From Stylophora pistillata (Eukaryota), in NCBI RefSeq assembly GCF_002571385.2, contig NW_019217849.1, positions 41,474-96,349 on the forward strand: a stretch of 54,876 nucleotides of DNA, read 5' to 3'. Position numbers and translations under genes: made by a program. The first letter of the stretch is position 1. Every line of letters starts with the position of its first letter. A model generated the notes under the pieces. That model was not told the DNA's origin. It worked only from the letters and a program-made list of their open reading frames with translations, and ran no database searches. Positions 1-12,900 of the stretch are shown here, one piece after another.

Positions 1-612
1 AAAAAAAAAAGAAAATTAATAAACGCATGAGTCGGAGCCATTCCTGCCAGCGGTGAAATACAGGAATGGCTCCAGTCTCTAGTCGTCCACCTGAACTGAG
101 TCTGCACTGACTAAATCAGTTTAGTCAGCGGAACGAGTCAGCAGATGACTTAGTCCTCTCCGGAATATCGCTGAACGAGAAAGGTCTCCCCTTCGTTATG
201 TAAGTAACCATCTCTTGTTTGACACATCGGAGTTTTCAGTCGCATTGATATTTCCCTGTTTCGCTTGGAGACACACGGTTAAACAATACTCACGTGCAAG
301 GAGTTAAGATGTAACATATTAACTTTTACAAACTTTTACAGGTCGGAGCCATTCCTGTATTTAGTCGCTAGTTTTAAGACGGTGACCCTTGAAGAAGTTA
401 CGAAATTAAAAGAAGCGGCCGAAAATTATTAACAGGCACGAAGAATTCGAAAGGTATTTTTTGTGAAGAAACTCAGAAAATTACGAACTTTAACAATAAT
501 GTATGCTTTAACGAAAACTTTATTCTACTTCATGTTCTCGGTTTTCGATAGAATAAACCAATAAAAACAATTACGGTTGTGAACGTAATTTGTCACCCAC
601 GATGTTAACAGG

Positions 613-754
613 TAATCAAATGGTTTTCTCGTGAAATTAGGAAATAATTTCACTTGCGTTTTGTCAAAATTCTGATAATTTCTCTCGCCTAAAGGCTCGG
701 GAAATTGAACGCAAGTGAAATTATTTCCTAATTTCACTCGTCGCCATTTGATTA
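613..754. repeat. Palindromic (hairpin) repeat, probably part of a non-autonomous DNA element
   Basis: Perfect 30-bp inverted arms at 631-660 and 708-737, with outer arms TAATCAAATGG/CCATTTGATTA. Nearby sequence (~380-440) translates VTLEEVTKLKEAAEN, loosely like Crypton-type N-termini (weak). Confidence 0.6.
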
Positions 755-775
755 TAAATATTAATCTTTTAAAAA

Positions 776-1072
776 TTATATAGCGCTATCTCTGTTGCTA
801 TCCAATAGCGCTTTACAATGATATTAAAAATATCTAAAACACGATTAAAAGATAAACTAATAAATGAAATAACTCAGTTTTTAAAAGCAGAATAAAAGCT
901 AAGGATAATAAAACCTTACCAACTACCTACCTGCCTAAAAAACTAACCCACTAACTAACCAATAAAAGATTATTTACAGAAAAGTTTTCCTAAAAAGATG
1001 TGTTTTAAGATCGCGCTTGAATTGCAACAAATTTTCACTTGAACGGATTTCTAGCGGCGGTGCGTTCCATAG
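776..1072 (-). mobile_element. 3' fragment of an L2/CR1-group LINE
   Basis: Minus strand reads LWNAPPLEIRSSENLLQFKRDLKTHLFRKTFL*, a typical L2 ORF2 C-terminus. It is followed by an L2-type tail TGTAAAGCGCTATTG...AGCGCTATATAA. Confidence 0.75.
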
Positions 1073-1727
1073 TCCAGTCATCATCTTGTCTGACCGTAGT
1101 ATTTTTCTTTTTCCATTTCCGGTGTTTTGAAATCCTCCCTTTGAGAGTTTGCGAAGTGTCTTTAATGTTGCAGTTGTGATCAGCTGTGATCAGTGATCGG
1201 CAGGCATCGATTACATTTTTTGGAAACTTAAGTATAGATTAGCAACGGAAAAGAAGGGCAAATGTCGTTTCAAAACTCGTTCAAATTCATGAGTGAAACA
1301 AAGTACGGAGCGAGGTAGGATTTCGTGACCTCCTTGAATCCTTCTGAAAAAATCCCTTCGTTGCCTAAATGGAGCGCACGTTTTGCAATTTGGTTTATAA
1401 GGAAATCGATTGAACAAATAATCCCCACTCTTTTATCGATCGGGAAAATTTTTAGCCTTATATTCTGAAAATGAAAGTGATAATAATTTGTAGAAGGGTT
1501 GTTAATTGTTGTACAATCCGTTTCTGGGTCAGGGAGTCCCCCATTTATCACGTGTACGGCAAGTGACCCGGTATATCGTGATAATGCATATCCATATTAG
1601 GTAAAGTTCGCCAATATTGACCCGAGTAACCGAGTCCGACCGAGCCTTGCGTGCAGCCGGCGCGCTTCACACTCCCCTCCGTAACCCTAATATTCGCTCA
1701 AACGGCTGTGGTTTGCCCTAATTTACA

Positions 1728-4715
1728 ATGTTCAAAGCACTGGGAGATCCTTCTTTCGTCGCTAAATTCCAGCAGACGTTTGGTTTAAGGAGGATAGAAC
1801 GCGAGAAAGATGTCCTCTCAACGATGCGTGATCAGGACTCCTCGTCATTTAGAAATGGACATATTTCAGATACTCAAAGCAATCATCTTCTCTCGAACGG
1901 TTCAAATCACGCCCATCAGCGAAACGGATTCGTGAAGCCTGGGCCACTAGAAAAGTCCAAATCAGCTGGCGAGGAAAAGAAAATCGACGAGTTGTACGAG
2001 TACAACAGATTTTTCCACGCACTTTTCGTGTTTGGTTCAACCCTGGGCTACGAGTCGTTTTATCTCACATTTTTTCCTTTCTTGATTTGGAACATTGACG
2101 AATACCTGGCTCGGAGAACTGTTATTTTATGGGCTGTTATTATGTACGTAGGTCAGAGTGCAAAAGATGTTATTCAGTGGCCAAGACCACCTTCTCCTCC
2201 CGTGATTTCTGTGGAGAAACGTTTCCAAGTAGAATATGGCATGCCGTCGACACACGCCATGGTGGGGACAATAATTCCGTTTTGTTTGGTGTATTTTAGT
2301 TACGATCGTTACCAGGTAAGCTTCTTTTCTGTGGTCTGTACCTGCTACGTTTAATTTGTGTAGGGTTAGTTTCATATACACTTGTTGTCGCAATTAGCCC
2401 GTGTAAACGTGTCAACTGATGTGAGAACATACTTATAAATGTGCCAACAACTTTCGTGACTAATCGATGGCTAAGGGCACAGTACAGCACTGTCATGTTA
2501 ATAGCCGTTTTATGCAAACAAGAACTTTTCCGCACCACTTTTGTCTTGATACTGTATACAAGTTTTGTTATGGATCGTGATTGAAATCAAACTACAATGC
2601 GTTGACCAAACACGTATTAATTACACCCTTGATTGTTTGAATGTCAGACAGGGATAGCCAAGTGCTGATAAGGAAATAAAAAAATTATCCTCGCAAAAAT
2701 TAATAAAATCAAGTACCTGTTAAACTTCTGAATAGCTAGACATCAGGTGCGTTATCCGTGAGATGTAGGAAGTTGAATCAGTGATTTTCTTTGGCTTTAA
2801 GTTGTGTTCTAATTTGCTTAATTTTGCGTACAAAATACTTCAAGCTCCAATGCAGCCTTCAACAATAACAACTGTATATTACCATTATGAAACAATGTTT
2901 TACTGGGAATGGGGGAAGGGGGCATCTGTAAAATTTCTTCTCTATATAATTATTGTAAACTGTCGCCGGCAGTCTGGAAAGTCCCCCGCACAGTGTTGTA
3001 AAGCGCATTAGAGCATTTACATGGAAATGCGCTATAGAAATCGATCTATATTATTATTATTATTACAAATAATATTCTCTTGGTATCTGCATTATCTGTA
3101 AAAAGAAGCAAGAGGAAAAATTTAAGTTCCTGCTTGGAATTCACAGTGCCAGATTTTAAGGAATCAGATCAGAGTGTGATGGTATTTATAACCTGTTTCC
3201 CTATGAATTCTGCCATCAATTCTTACTGGGTACCCTGTCTTTTACAAGCAACATTTATTAATGGGCACAATTCTGAATTGACAAAAAATTCTTCAATCTA
3301 TTACATTTTAAAACAAAGTAACTGAATTTGGTTCTTTTGTTACAGTATCCCCTTTACATTGGTGTAATATTTGGCATATGTTGGTGTGTTCTGGTATCAA
3401 CCAGTCGTCTATACATGGGAATGCACACACTGCAGGTATTTGCATTTGCTTCCTATTAATTCAAGGTCAGTGCAAGGATGTGGTGTCCCTAGTCAAGGGG
3501 AAAAGTGGTGTCATTTTGCTTGTTTTATGGTGTTCCTATCCCCTCTCACTTTAAGAGTAAATATCAGTTACATGTGGATATGACATTGTTGTAGAAGTTA
3601 CAATGTGTTGAGTAGCTTTGTTTACAGTAAGGGAAAAATGTGGTACGAACTTGTGACTTTCTCTCATGTGGTTTAAATATACAAATATATGATCACCACT
3701 TCCAAATTTAAAGGGGTCAAAATTAGGAAGTTCGAAATTTGTGGATTTTGGATTTGGATTTTGGCAAGAGTCAAATGTTAAGTCAAATAACATGGCATAT
3801 TTAGATTTATTAAGTTTGTCGATTGCTTTGTTGAAGTTTACTTTCTGTTTGATCGTAAAAAGGGACTTGTCTGTTTGATTGACCTTTTGGCCCCTAGCAG
3901 TGACCAGCATCTAATTTCTCCTTACAATATCACCCCTGAATCACACATTAAGGTCAGGAGAATAGAGGAAATGATCACCAACTTAGAAGGCTCTTGATTG
4001 TTAAACAAATTCTCCTTGTTAGCATCACCTTAGGAATTAGAGAACAGTATGGAGAATATGCATACTGATGTTAGGAAATATAGGGAGAATGTGTTAGAAT
4101 ATTAAGGGTTGACAGGGAAAAAGAGACAGAAGGATGGTTTTTATCTGTTGTTAAGTTATCACATTTCGTACTTTGTAGGATCTTCTTGTTGGCATTGCAT
4201 TTGCTGTTGTTTTACTTGCCACTGTGATTCCACTTCTGGATGTGTCTATTGACAGATGGGTGTTCAGTTCTCCAAACACGCCAATTTTTCTCGTAGTAGT
4301 TCCAATAATCCTGATCCTTATGTATCCAACACCACCAAGATACACTCAGACGAGGGCAGATACTGCCACTATTCTATTCGGAGCTTGTGGGGCACTGCTT
4401 GGTACTTGGGGAAGGTTCTACTTTCAAGGGGTGCCTGACCCGTACCGAGGAGCACCATACCCAATTCGAATTCCCGGTCAGGAGGAAATGTTTTGGATGA
4501 TGTGCAAGTTTTTGTTTGGTGTGGCTGTGATTATTCCAACACGTGCAGTGATGAAGTCAACAGTGCATACAGTCGTGCCATGGCTTCTTGCAGAGACTGA
4601 TCCAAAGAAGATGAAATCTGTTTCAGAAATGCCCCATCGCTTCCTCACCTATACAACAGTTGGCTTCACTGCAGTCTTCTTTGTTCCCCACATTTTTGCT
4701 TATGTTGGAGTTTGA
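1728..4715 (+). CDS. SGPP: Sphingosine-1-phosphate phosphatase (SGPP1/2 family, PAP2 superfamily), 404 aa; exons 1728-2315, 3346-3435, 4179-4715
   Basis: All introns are GT-AG and in frame. PAP2 motifs KDVIQWPRP, EYGMPSTHAM and SRLYMGMHTLQD are present, with multiple hydrophobic segments. Confidence 0.95.
2900..3065 (+). mobile_element. 3' part of a SINE with L2-like tail (same family as 16853-17263)
   Basis: GCCGGCAGTCTGGAAAGTCCCCGCACAGTGTTGTAAAGCGCATTAGAGC...(TAT)n is close to the reverse complement of 16860-17030. Confidence 0.7.
3880..4112. mobile_element. Degenerate copy of the abundant ~200-bp MITE family with (TTAA)CCCTT...AAGGG(TTAA) ends
   Basis: Shares the core CTAATTTCTCCTTACAATATCACCCCTGAATCAC...GGAAATGATCACCAAC...AAATTCTCCTTG with copies at ~9975-10160, ~14675-14860, ~21960-22130 and ~47590-47808. 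Related copies lie at ~5890-6100 and ~7640-7850. Confidence 0.7.
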
Positions 4716-6942
4716 CTGTCTTACAGTACCCTCTATTACTAGTGAAGTCATGGACCGATGCCAGTATGTGAGGAACTGTAAAACTGCTCCTCCCTCGACA
4801 CAACCACAGTCAAGGAGTGATAACAAGTTGGGGTTAATCTTGGACTGGGGGGGGGGAGGGTCTGTAGTTACTCAGATACTAAAATTGATCCAAAGTCATT
4901 ATTGAAAGGGTACAGACATGATTGAACCTCAACCATTTTAACCAATTTTTCTTCAGTGCTACTATAAAGTAAAATATGAAAATTTTAAATTATCCTTTTT
5001 TAGAATTTGTTACTATACTTTCATAAAACTGCATGAACATAGAGCTAAAAATATATTAAACTAATGCAGTTTAGGGTTGGTAACAAGCATGGCTAAGTAT
5101 CTGGTTGAATGCACTGTCAACCTTTTTTCATCAGAAATTAAAGGCTTCAGATTTTGTGGACTGTTTACCATGTCTCTATGGTATCAAAACTTACGGTGTT
5201 TCAAATTGTTGATGTTGTACATAATATACCAGTAGTAAAAAGTGAATATTACAGGTGATAAAATTGTAGAAATGTCAAAATTGAGCTGTAGCTGATTGCT
5301 GTTTAGAGCTGTAACAATTTCAATGGATTTTGGGCATATTTTTTAATTTTCTCTTCTTCTGAAACTATACTTATGTGGGAAGCAAAATACCAGAAAAAAC
5401 ATTTTTTCCATGTTATTAATGGTGTGGGATTTATATCAATAATAGCTATCATTTTAATTGTCAAGTTCAAAAAAATAGCAGCGCTCAATATTGTTAAAAA
5501 ATGTTGTGCCCCAAAATAATTGTTGACCTATTTGTCTTCGTTCTGCATGATAACTATACTCTTTTTAGAAGTAAAGTTTTTCCAAAGAATATTTTGTTGC
5601 ATGCCATCTAAATATCTCTTTTAAGCTTAGCAACTTTTGTATTGTATTACCGATCCATACATTTGTATTTAGGAACTGTTCACTTGTCAGAATTGTTTCT
5701 GATGAAAAGCTATGTAAATAATAACAAAGTCCTTTCCACCTTACTAGGTTGTACTGTACACTGCTATTTCAAATAGCACTTTCTTTCTCTACTGATGTTA
5801 AATTAGGATAAAATGTTAACTTAGGAGGATTATTTTTCACAGCGCTCATGGAGAACAGGGGTCTGTCATGATTGAGTGGGTTCCAGGTTTAACCCTTAAA
5901 TCTACATGATCCAGTTTGTTTTTCTCCTCACTAGAAGTCAGACATTTCTTTGAAAATTAATTCAGAGAAGTTGGTGTTTTGAAGATAACCATCAGGAAGA
6001 AAAGTTTATTTATTCTTGTTATTATTTTGCTACATAATGTAATGATATGGGGTGAAGAGAACTTCAGCGTTGGTCAGTTATGGCCAGGGATAAGGCTTAG
6101 TGTGAATCAGATGTTAATGTTGGGTGTGTAAAAAAAAATCATGGGGGATTTTGTTAAAAAAAACAATTCAACATTTTTATTAGTTAAAAGGGGCCCACTG
6201 GATTCTTTATTTCAAGTAACACTCATTGCTTGATAAGAAACCAACGTAAACCTTTGTTTTTGGAATATTGAATAATTGTGTAAGCTCAGGCGAAATGTTG
6301 CGCATCTTGACAGTTGACAGCTCACGGTGGGATGTCTTAATAAATACAGAAACAATTAAAACTTCACTAACAAAGATTCCCTGGTACATGTTTATCATGT
6401 TTGTAATGGTTACATAAGGAATTGTCTGTGTCTATGCAGGAGAGAGTAGATTAAAGGGACACAAACAGTGGTCCCATGATACCAGTCTGTTCCCTTTTGT
6501 TTTGAAAAATCAAGGTTTTGAATATTAATTTTGTCAAGTTGGGGTCAGTTGGGTTGGGGTAAATCTGAGATAAATTCAGGTTGTGGAACTGAAAGTTAAA
6601 GCTAATGGAGCACATCCCAGCAACCACAGGTGATGAAAATACTCACAGATTTGATTTTAGTTTATTGCCCCCCCCCCTCTCTCCCAGGATTTTTTTACGC
6701 CTTCCCTAATAGATCACAGGTTCCAATGCACAACCTCGTGTGAGGAGAGGTACTGTTAGAGTAGTGTTTTGCCCAAGAAAAACTTTTATTCATAATTTTG
6801 TGTAACAACAGTTTACAACATTATCGAATAACTCTGTGTGCTGTAATGTTTGAACACCACATTAAATCTTTACTTCCTCAGTTCTTGTAAATAAGCTTCA
6901 TTACTTCCTTTGTAACCAGAATTTTAAGATCTGAGTGTAGCA

Positions 6943-9900
6943 CTACCTCATTGCAAAGTCAATAATCTGTTCCTACAAATAAAAAGAAAATTAATACAGA
7001 GCAGAGAGAATTATTTTTCATAACATTTATAAATGCAGGGATTCAGAAAATTTGACAGGGATAGAAAATGTGGGCAGTTTTAGTCACTCCTTTTTCTTCT
7101 CTGTTCCCCTTTAGCCCTTCCTTGGGGAGCAGGGATGGCGCAGTGGTGAGAGCACTCGCCTCCCACCACTGTGGCCCGGGTTCGATTCCCGGACCTGGCG
7201 TCTCATGTGGGTTGAGTTTGTNNNNNNNNNNNNNNNNNNNNNTGACTAAAACTGTTAACTTACCTTGATGGGAAGCATAGCACTGGTTGCAATGAGCCCC
7301 ACTGATCGTGCAAGAACAGGTATAGGATTTGATGTTGAATAAAGTCTTTTAAGAGCATCAATAGCTGTGATCATAGGGACTACACTCTGCTGCCGTTTTG
7401 TCTCGTATGTTAAAAGGTGCTCCAAGGATCCTGAAAATGGAAAAATGGTCAAATCATGGCATAAAATTCTACATGATAAACCCCCAGATTTTCTACTTTC
7501 TCTAAGTGACTGATACATAAAATGATAAGATTTTAAAAAAGATATAAGATTGCATTTAACATCTCTTCCTACTCAGGGCAACTTGAAAGCAAAATCACAG
7601 ACATCTCCCACTGCAGCAGTTGGTGAGGGACAAGATGGGTCACTATGTCTCTTTCACTCCCAACACCTCATAGCAATTCTCCTTACTGTGTTTCATACAA
7701 TTCTTATGATTTTAGTTTGGAGGATTTGGTGTTGGATCAACTAATAATCCCCAAATTGATCTTTTTCATTATTTTCATCACTTGTCTGCTTAATATTCCA
7801 ATGATAATTGTAAGAAGAAATTATGTCTTGGTCACTCATGGGAGTTAAATGGTGAAGCTAGATACTTTACCCTCACAGTGAGGTCTTTCTCCACCAAAAA
7901 TCTAACTGGTTACTAGAAACCTGTCAGGAAAAACCTCAGAAAATGGGGTAACTACAATCCTGATAACCTCATACAACAGGAACCAGGATTAGCAACGGGC
8001 ACTTAGTGTTATATGCAGACTTATACTATTTAGAGATTTTAAGAAAGATTGATGCTTAGTTACCAAGATCTTTTCCTTCCTGTGCAGCTTCAGACAGCAC
8101 ATCTCTTAGACAAGCAACATCTCCAAACCCCATATTAACTCCTTGCCCAGCTAGAGGGTGGACTCGGTGAGCTGCATCACTTTAGAAGAAATATGAAGAA
8201 CTCAACGTGAATGTTTGTAGTTAGAACACGTCAAAGCTAGAAGTGCTCAGCTGTTTTATTCTTATTGGGTACTGTGTTATGTACCATTCTCCTTGAGACA
8301 TCTAACTGATATGTCACTATAATTGTAACAAAAAGACTTGCCCACCCTATCAAAGCCAGTCTTGGTCTGACATATTCCATGGCATGACCAAAGCCCTATG
8401 GAAACATTGCTCGACTATCTTCCTCAACACCACTCACACTAGGGGGAGACTGGGTACCAAACCCTACCTCTGAAACAAAATGGCAGCATAAGAGTATTTG
8501 GTACAGAGAATTAGAAACAGTAAAAAATTAGAAAAAAAAAAAAAGATTTATTCAAAGTATGTCAACCCCAACACATAAATTTGGCTTAGAGTTTGCCATC
8601 TGTAAGTGCAATGTTGTTGATTCATAAATATACAGAATTGATATCAGTCATTTCCTCAGTTTCAAAAAGAAATGGCAAAAATACAAACAATGGAAAAGCA
8701 ATATCTCTTCCTAACAGCCTCCCAGTTAACTCAATCGGTTAGAGTGCTGGACTTCTGTGCGGGAGGTCGAGGGTTTGAGCCCCGGCCGGACCAGCACTCA
8801 AGGTCTTAAAATAACTGAGGAGAATGTGCTACCTTCCTATGATATCAAAAATGGATAGACATACTGGTCTTCTCGGATAAGGACGAATAAACCATAGGTC
8901 CCACCTCCTGCATCCATTAATTAGTTAATTTGGTTAGGCAGGGGATGTTAAAGAACCCACTTCACGAGATTACTAGGATGTGGTCTGGCCTGTTTACTGG
9001 GAATTGGGGGGGAGGGGGCAGGGTTCAGTTGGAGCTTAAACTTAGTAGGGGACTTATGTCCTATTGATTCTGCTCCAGTACTTTGTACAAATGCTTATTA
9101 AATACAAATACGAAATATTAATACAAATTCCTTGGTAAAAGGAAAAACTAGCCAAGAAAAGGGGTAAAGAAAATTTCAGTAACTCAGTTCACATAGACGG
9201 TTTAAACTGGGAGGGAAAAAAGAGGTATGAAATTAAACAAGAGGGAGATAGGAGAAGAAATGGAAAGGGGGTTTAAATATTTAAGAGGAGAGAACTTACT
9301 TGTCCATGGCTGAACAAAAGAAGCTAACATATATGAAATTCTTGTGGCCTGATCCACCAAAGGATTACGGTCCAAGTCTTCCCACTAAAAAAGGCAAAAG
9401 TTATGAAGAAAAATAAATAACACCTTAGTCTATGCTTACAAAAGAGGAAATGTAAGATTTTCTCCTGCTACAGCCATATCGCCTGGCTTGGTTAGTCTTG
9501 ATCTGTGTCACGTAATTTTAAGAAATTTCTAAGAATGTACAATAATGGACATATTGGCTCTTGAAAACAAATCAAATTTGACATTAGACCTTCAAAATAG
9601 CTTTTGAACCTTGATACTTCTTTCCAATATGGAGTGTTATTATATAGCTGTGTCTCACAAGGACTGGGAACTACTGAATTCACGAATTTGATTGGCTGAA
9701 ATCAATATTGAAAGCGGTCTAGATTTTCCCATCTCGACCGGCATCTAGACCAGACTAGAAAAAAAAGGTACAAAGAATATAAAAAATTGGCATATAAGAC
9801 ACAGCCATATAATCATAAACATCTTATTAACCAAGCTTAGGTCGGTCTGTATGGGGGAATCTTGACCTTGGTCGCTGGTATAGACCTCATTGCGTTCGGT

Positions 9901-12900
9901 CTGTACCGGTGCCCTCGGTCAAGATTCTCCCATACAAACCTCCCGCTCCGTTAATAAGAACTAAGTACTATGTTAACCACCAATGGGCACATTATCCATT
10001 ACTGTTCACCAATTACATTTCCTAAGGTGGTTGGCAAGGAGAATTTGTGTGACAATCAATATTTAATCCTCGTGAATTTTTCCTTGTGACCTTGATGTGT
10101 GATTCATGGGTGATACTGTAAGGAGAAATGGGAAGCTATAGTCACTCTCTGGGGTCAAACACTCAGAAGAAAAAAGAACCTATGAAAATAGACCTGAATA
10201 TTTCACCTTCAAAACTTACAAATGCATTGTTTACAGCATCAACAAATCTGTCTTCCTCCAATGAGACCAGCTGCTTGGCATGTTCTGGAGTTGTTGACCA
10301 CACCAATGAGCTCAAACTATCTGTAAGCTAAACACAGATCATAAATTAAAACTGAAAATAGAAAAAACTCATTGCATCGTCAGTTCATTCTTTTTCTTGG
10401 TATAACCTCTAAAGAGCGATTAGTTTTCGTGTAGGTCTCCTCTCTATGTGAAATTAAAGTCTTTGTTAAAGAACCCATGATAGGACCTCTGGAAAGCCAA
10501 AAAATGCCTCTAATAGAGAAATAAGAAAAAACTTCGAGACCATCCAACAGTTGGTTAAATGTACCCAATAATAAATTTAAAGTAATAAATTTATAGTGAT
10601 TTTGTGAATGCACTGCAGTGTAAATGATCAAGCATTTAACATCATCTCACAAAATCACACTTACTGGTAGAAGAGCTATTGGTCCTGTCGGCAAAAACTT
10701 CTGCCATGCAACAAGGTTGTCTGTGATCTACAAGGGAGAAACACTTTTTAAATTTTGAAAAGAAAGCTGACTGTTACTGGAAATTTTTCACTTGAAGACA
10801 ACCTGATTGTAGCCCTAATTAGCATTAGTCCATCTATTTTCTAACAAAGAGCAAGAGGTTTCATCTTTTTTAAGTAAAAGGGGCATTGTCATTGCAGAAG
10901 ATTAATGCTAAGTCACGATACCAGTATTACCTCTCCGAATTGAAGAGTTGCCACTACTCCTGTTTGATCGTATTTCCAGGAGAGGGAATCCATTGATGCT
11001 TGTTGCCGCACCAGGGATTGTGGACCATCAGCTCCTATCTTACAAAGTAATGAACTAGGTGATTCACTTAAACAATATGGTAAAGACTTATTTGGTATTT
11101 AATTCTCAGACTTCCAAGTACACTACAATAACACTTTTGCAAAGCGAGTGACACTTGAAAGCTTGAAAGACTACAAGAAAGAGGACTTAGAGTGGTTTTT
11201 CAAGAACTGTACTTCTAGTTACAAACAGTTATTAGAGAGGGCAGATTTACCCACTCTACTAAATAGGCGCTTACAGGACCTGTGCATCCTCATGTATAAA
11301 GTAAAGCATAAACTGTGTCCTGCATATATAAGTAACATCTTCAAAGTACACAATAGTAATTACAATCTGAGGCAAGCCGATTACTCTCTACCCAGGTATG
11401 AAACTGTCACTTATGGCAAACATTCCATAAGATTTCTAGGGCCCAGGTTATGGACAAAATTACCCAAGAGTATAAGGGAGGTCGAGACCCTCAAGTCGTT
11501 CAAAGGCAAGATACGCCAACTCAGTATAAGTGAGCTCTTGGATGATGGCTGCACACGCTGTAGCCTCTGCTCATCTTGAATTTTATTTATTTTTATCACA
11601 AATCCCGTAATTAGTTAACTGTAGATTTTCTCTTAGCTATAATATATATACTACTGAAAATATCTCCTAGTCTTTTTTCTTTTTAGGGTCCCCATATTTG
11701 TAAGGGATTTTTCCCTAGCTAGAAGGCTCTTGACACTTTTAATAAAGTTTTACTACCACTACTACAATAACATATATTGAACTTAGAAATTCTCTGAGCC
11801 TTAGCGAACTTCGCTAAACACACACATCCAAAAAGCCTTATCTTGAGTATGAACTTTGCAATAAAAAAAGGGTTATTTAACAAGAAACATTATTAATATT
11901 CCAGAAGACATGCTATATTTCTCACAGTCACCCGCAGCCAAATTTCTCCACAGCACATGCACCCCCCTGGTAACCTTCATCTTACAGCTTTGCCCAAATA
12001 ACTGATAAAAATTATAGACGCAACAAACACATAATCCAAAGTCAAAGCTGTCATCTTAAAACAAAGACTAGGGTTTGAATTTAAAAATAAATGCATGTTG
12101 CCGTGGTCAACTGGGAAAACAAAGCATCAGTTTTCTTTATATGTGTTGTAGTTCAATTTTATCCTTGCTTTAAATTTTATTTTCCTTTGTTTCAAACTCA
12201 TTATCATACATTAATGTGACCAAGAACAAAGGAAAATAAAATTTGAACCAAGGATAAAATTGAACTACAACATATATACCACACACCACTAATCTTGAGT
12301 GAACTGTTCTTCCATCTTCCAGCTCCAAGGAAGCCCAAGTATCACGGACATCCTCATCATCCTTTAAAATCAGACAGTTATCAGGATTAATTAAGAAACC
12401 AATCTTATTTTTGTGTTAAGTTTGAGGTGAACCATGGTATCTGACATAAGTCCTGCAATCAAGGCTTCATTATTAAAAACCACTAAAAATGCCTACTCGG
12501 TGGATTTGAAAATGGAATTGCATCGAAACTCTATTGATTGAGAATGTAATTATCTGTTCAAGTTTACCAGTAATTCACACTTTCACACTTTATTTTCTTT
12601 TTCTTACAAAATAATTTAGATTATGTTGACCCGCAGATAGCAAATTTGCTATTCGAGGCGGGTAATGTTCCACTGTTGTACCATCAATTTACAGAATTAA
12701 AACCATCACAAATAAAGTTAACCATGAAGTTCAGGTAAAAATGATTCTGAATTACAGTTAAGCTGCAGGTAATTCCCAGTTATCTATTTTGTTTGTTGAA
12801 AGATCATAAGAACCAAATAATGTGCAAATTTTTTTAAAATAAAATATTAACTTCATAAAACACATATCCATACCAAATCTTTTGTTAAATCAGGCAAGCT

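Noticed and set aside
7123-7200. tRNA-like sequences (also ~8720, ~17275, ~45990)
   Set aside because: They have A/B boxes but no complete cloverleaf and continue into SINE bodies, so they are SINE heads rather than tRNA genes.
8396-8398. Selenocysteine/pyrrolysine or variant genetic code as the explanation for the COQ6 stop
   Set aside because: The codon is UAG at a Leu position (Sec uses UGA, and Pyl is not known in animals). The same gene terminates at a TAG (6943-6945).
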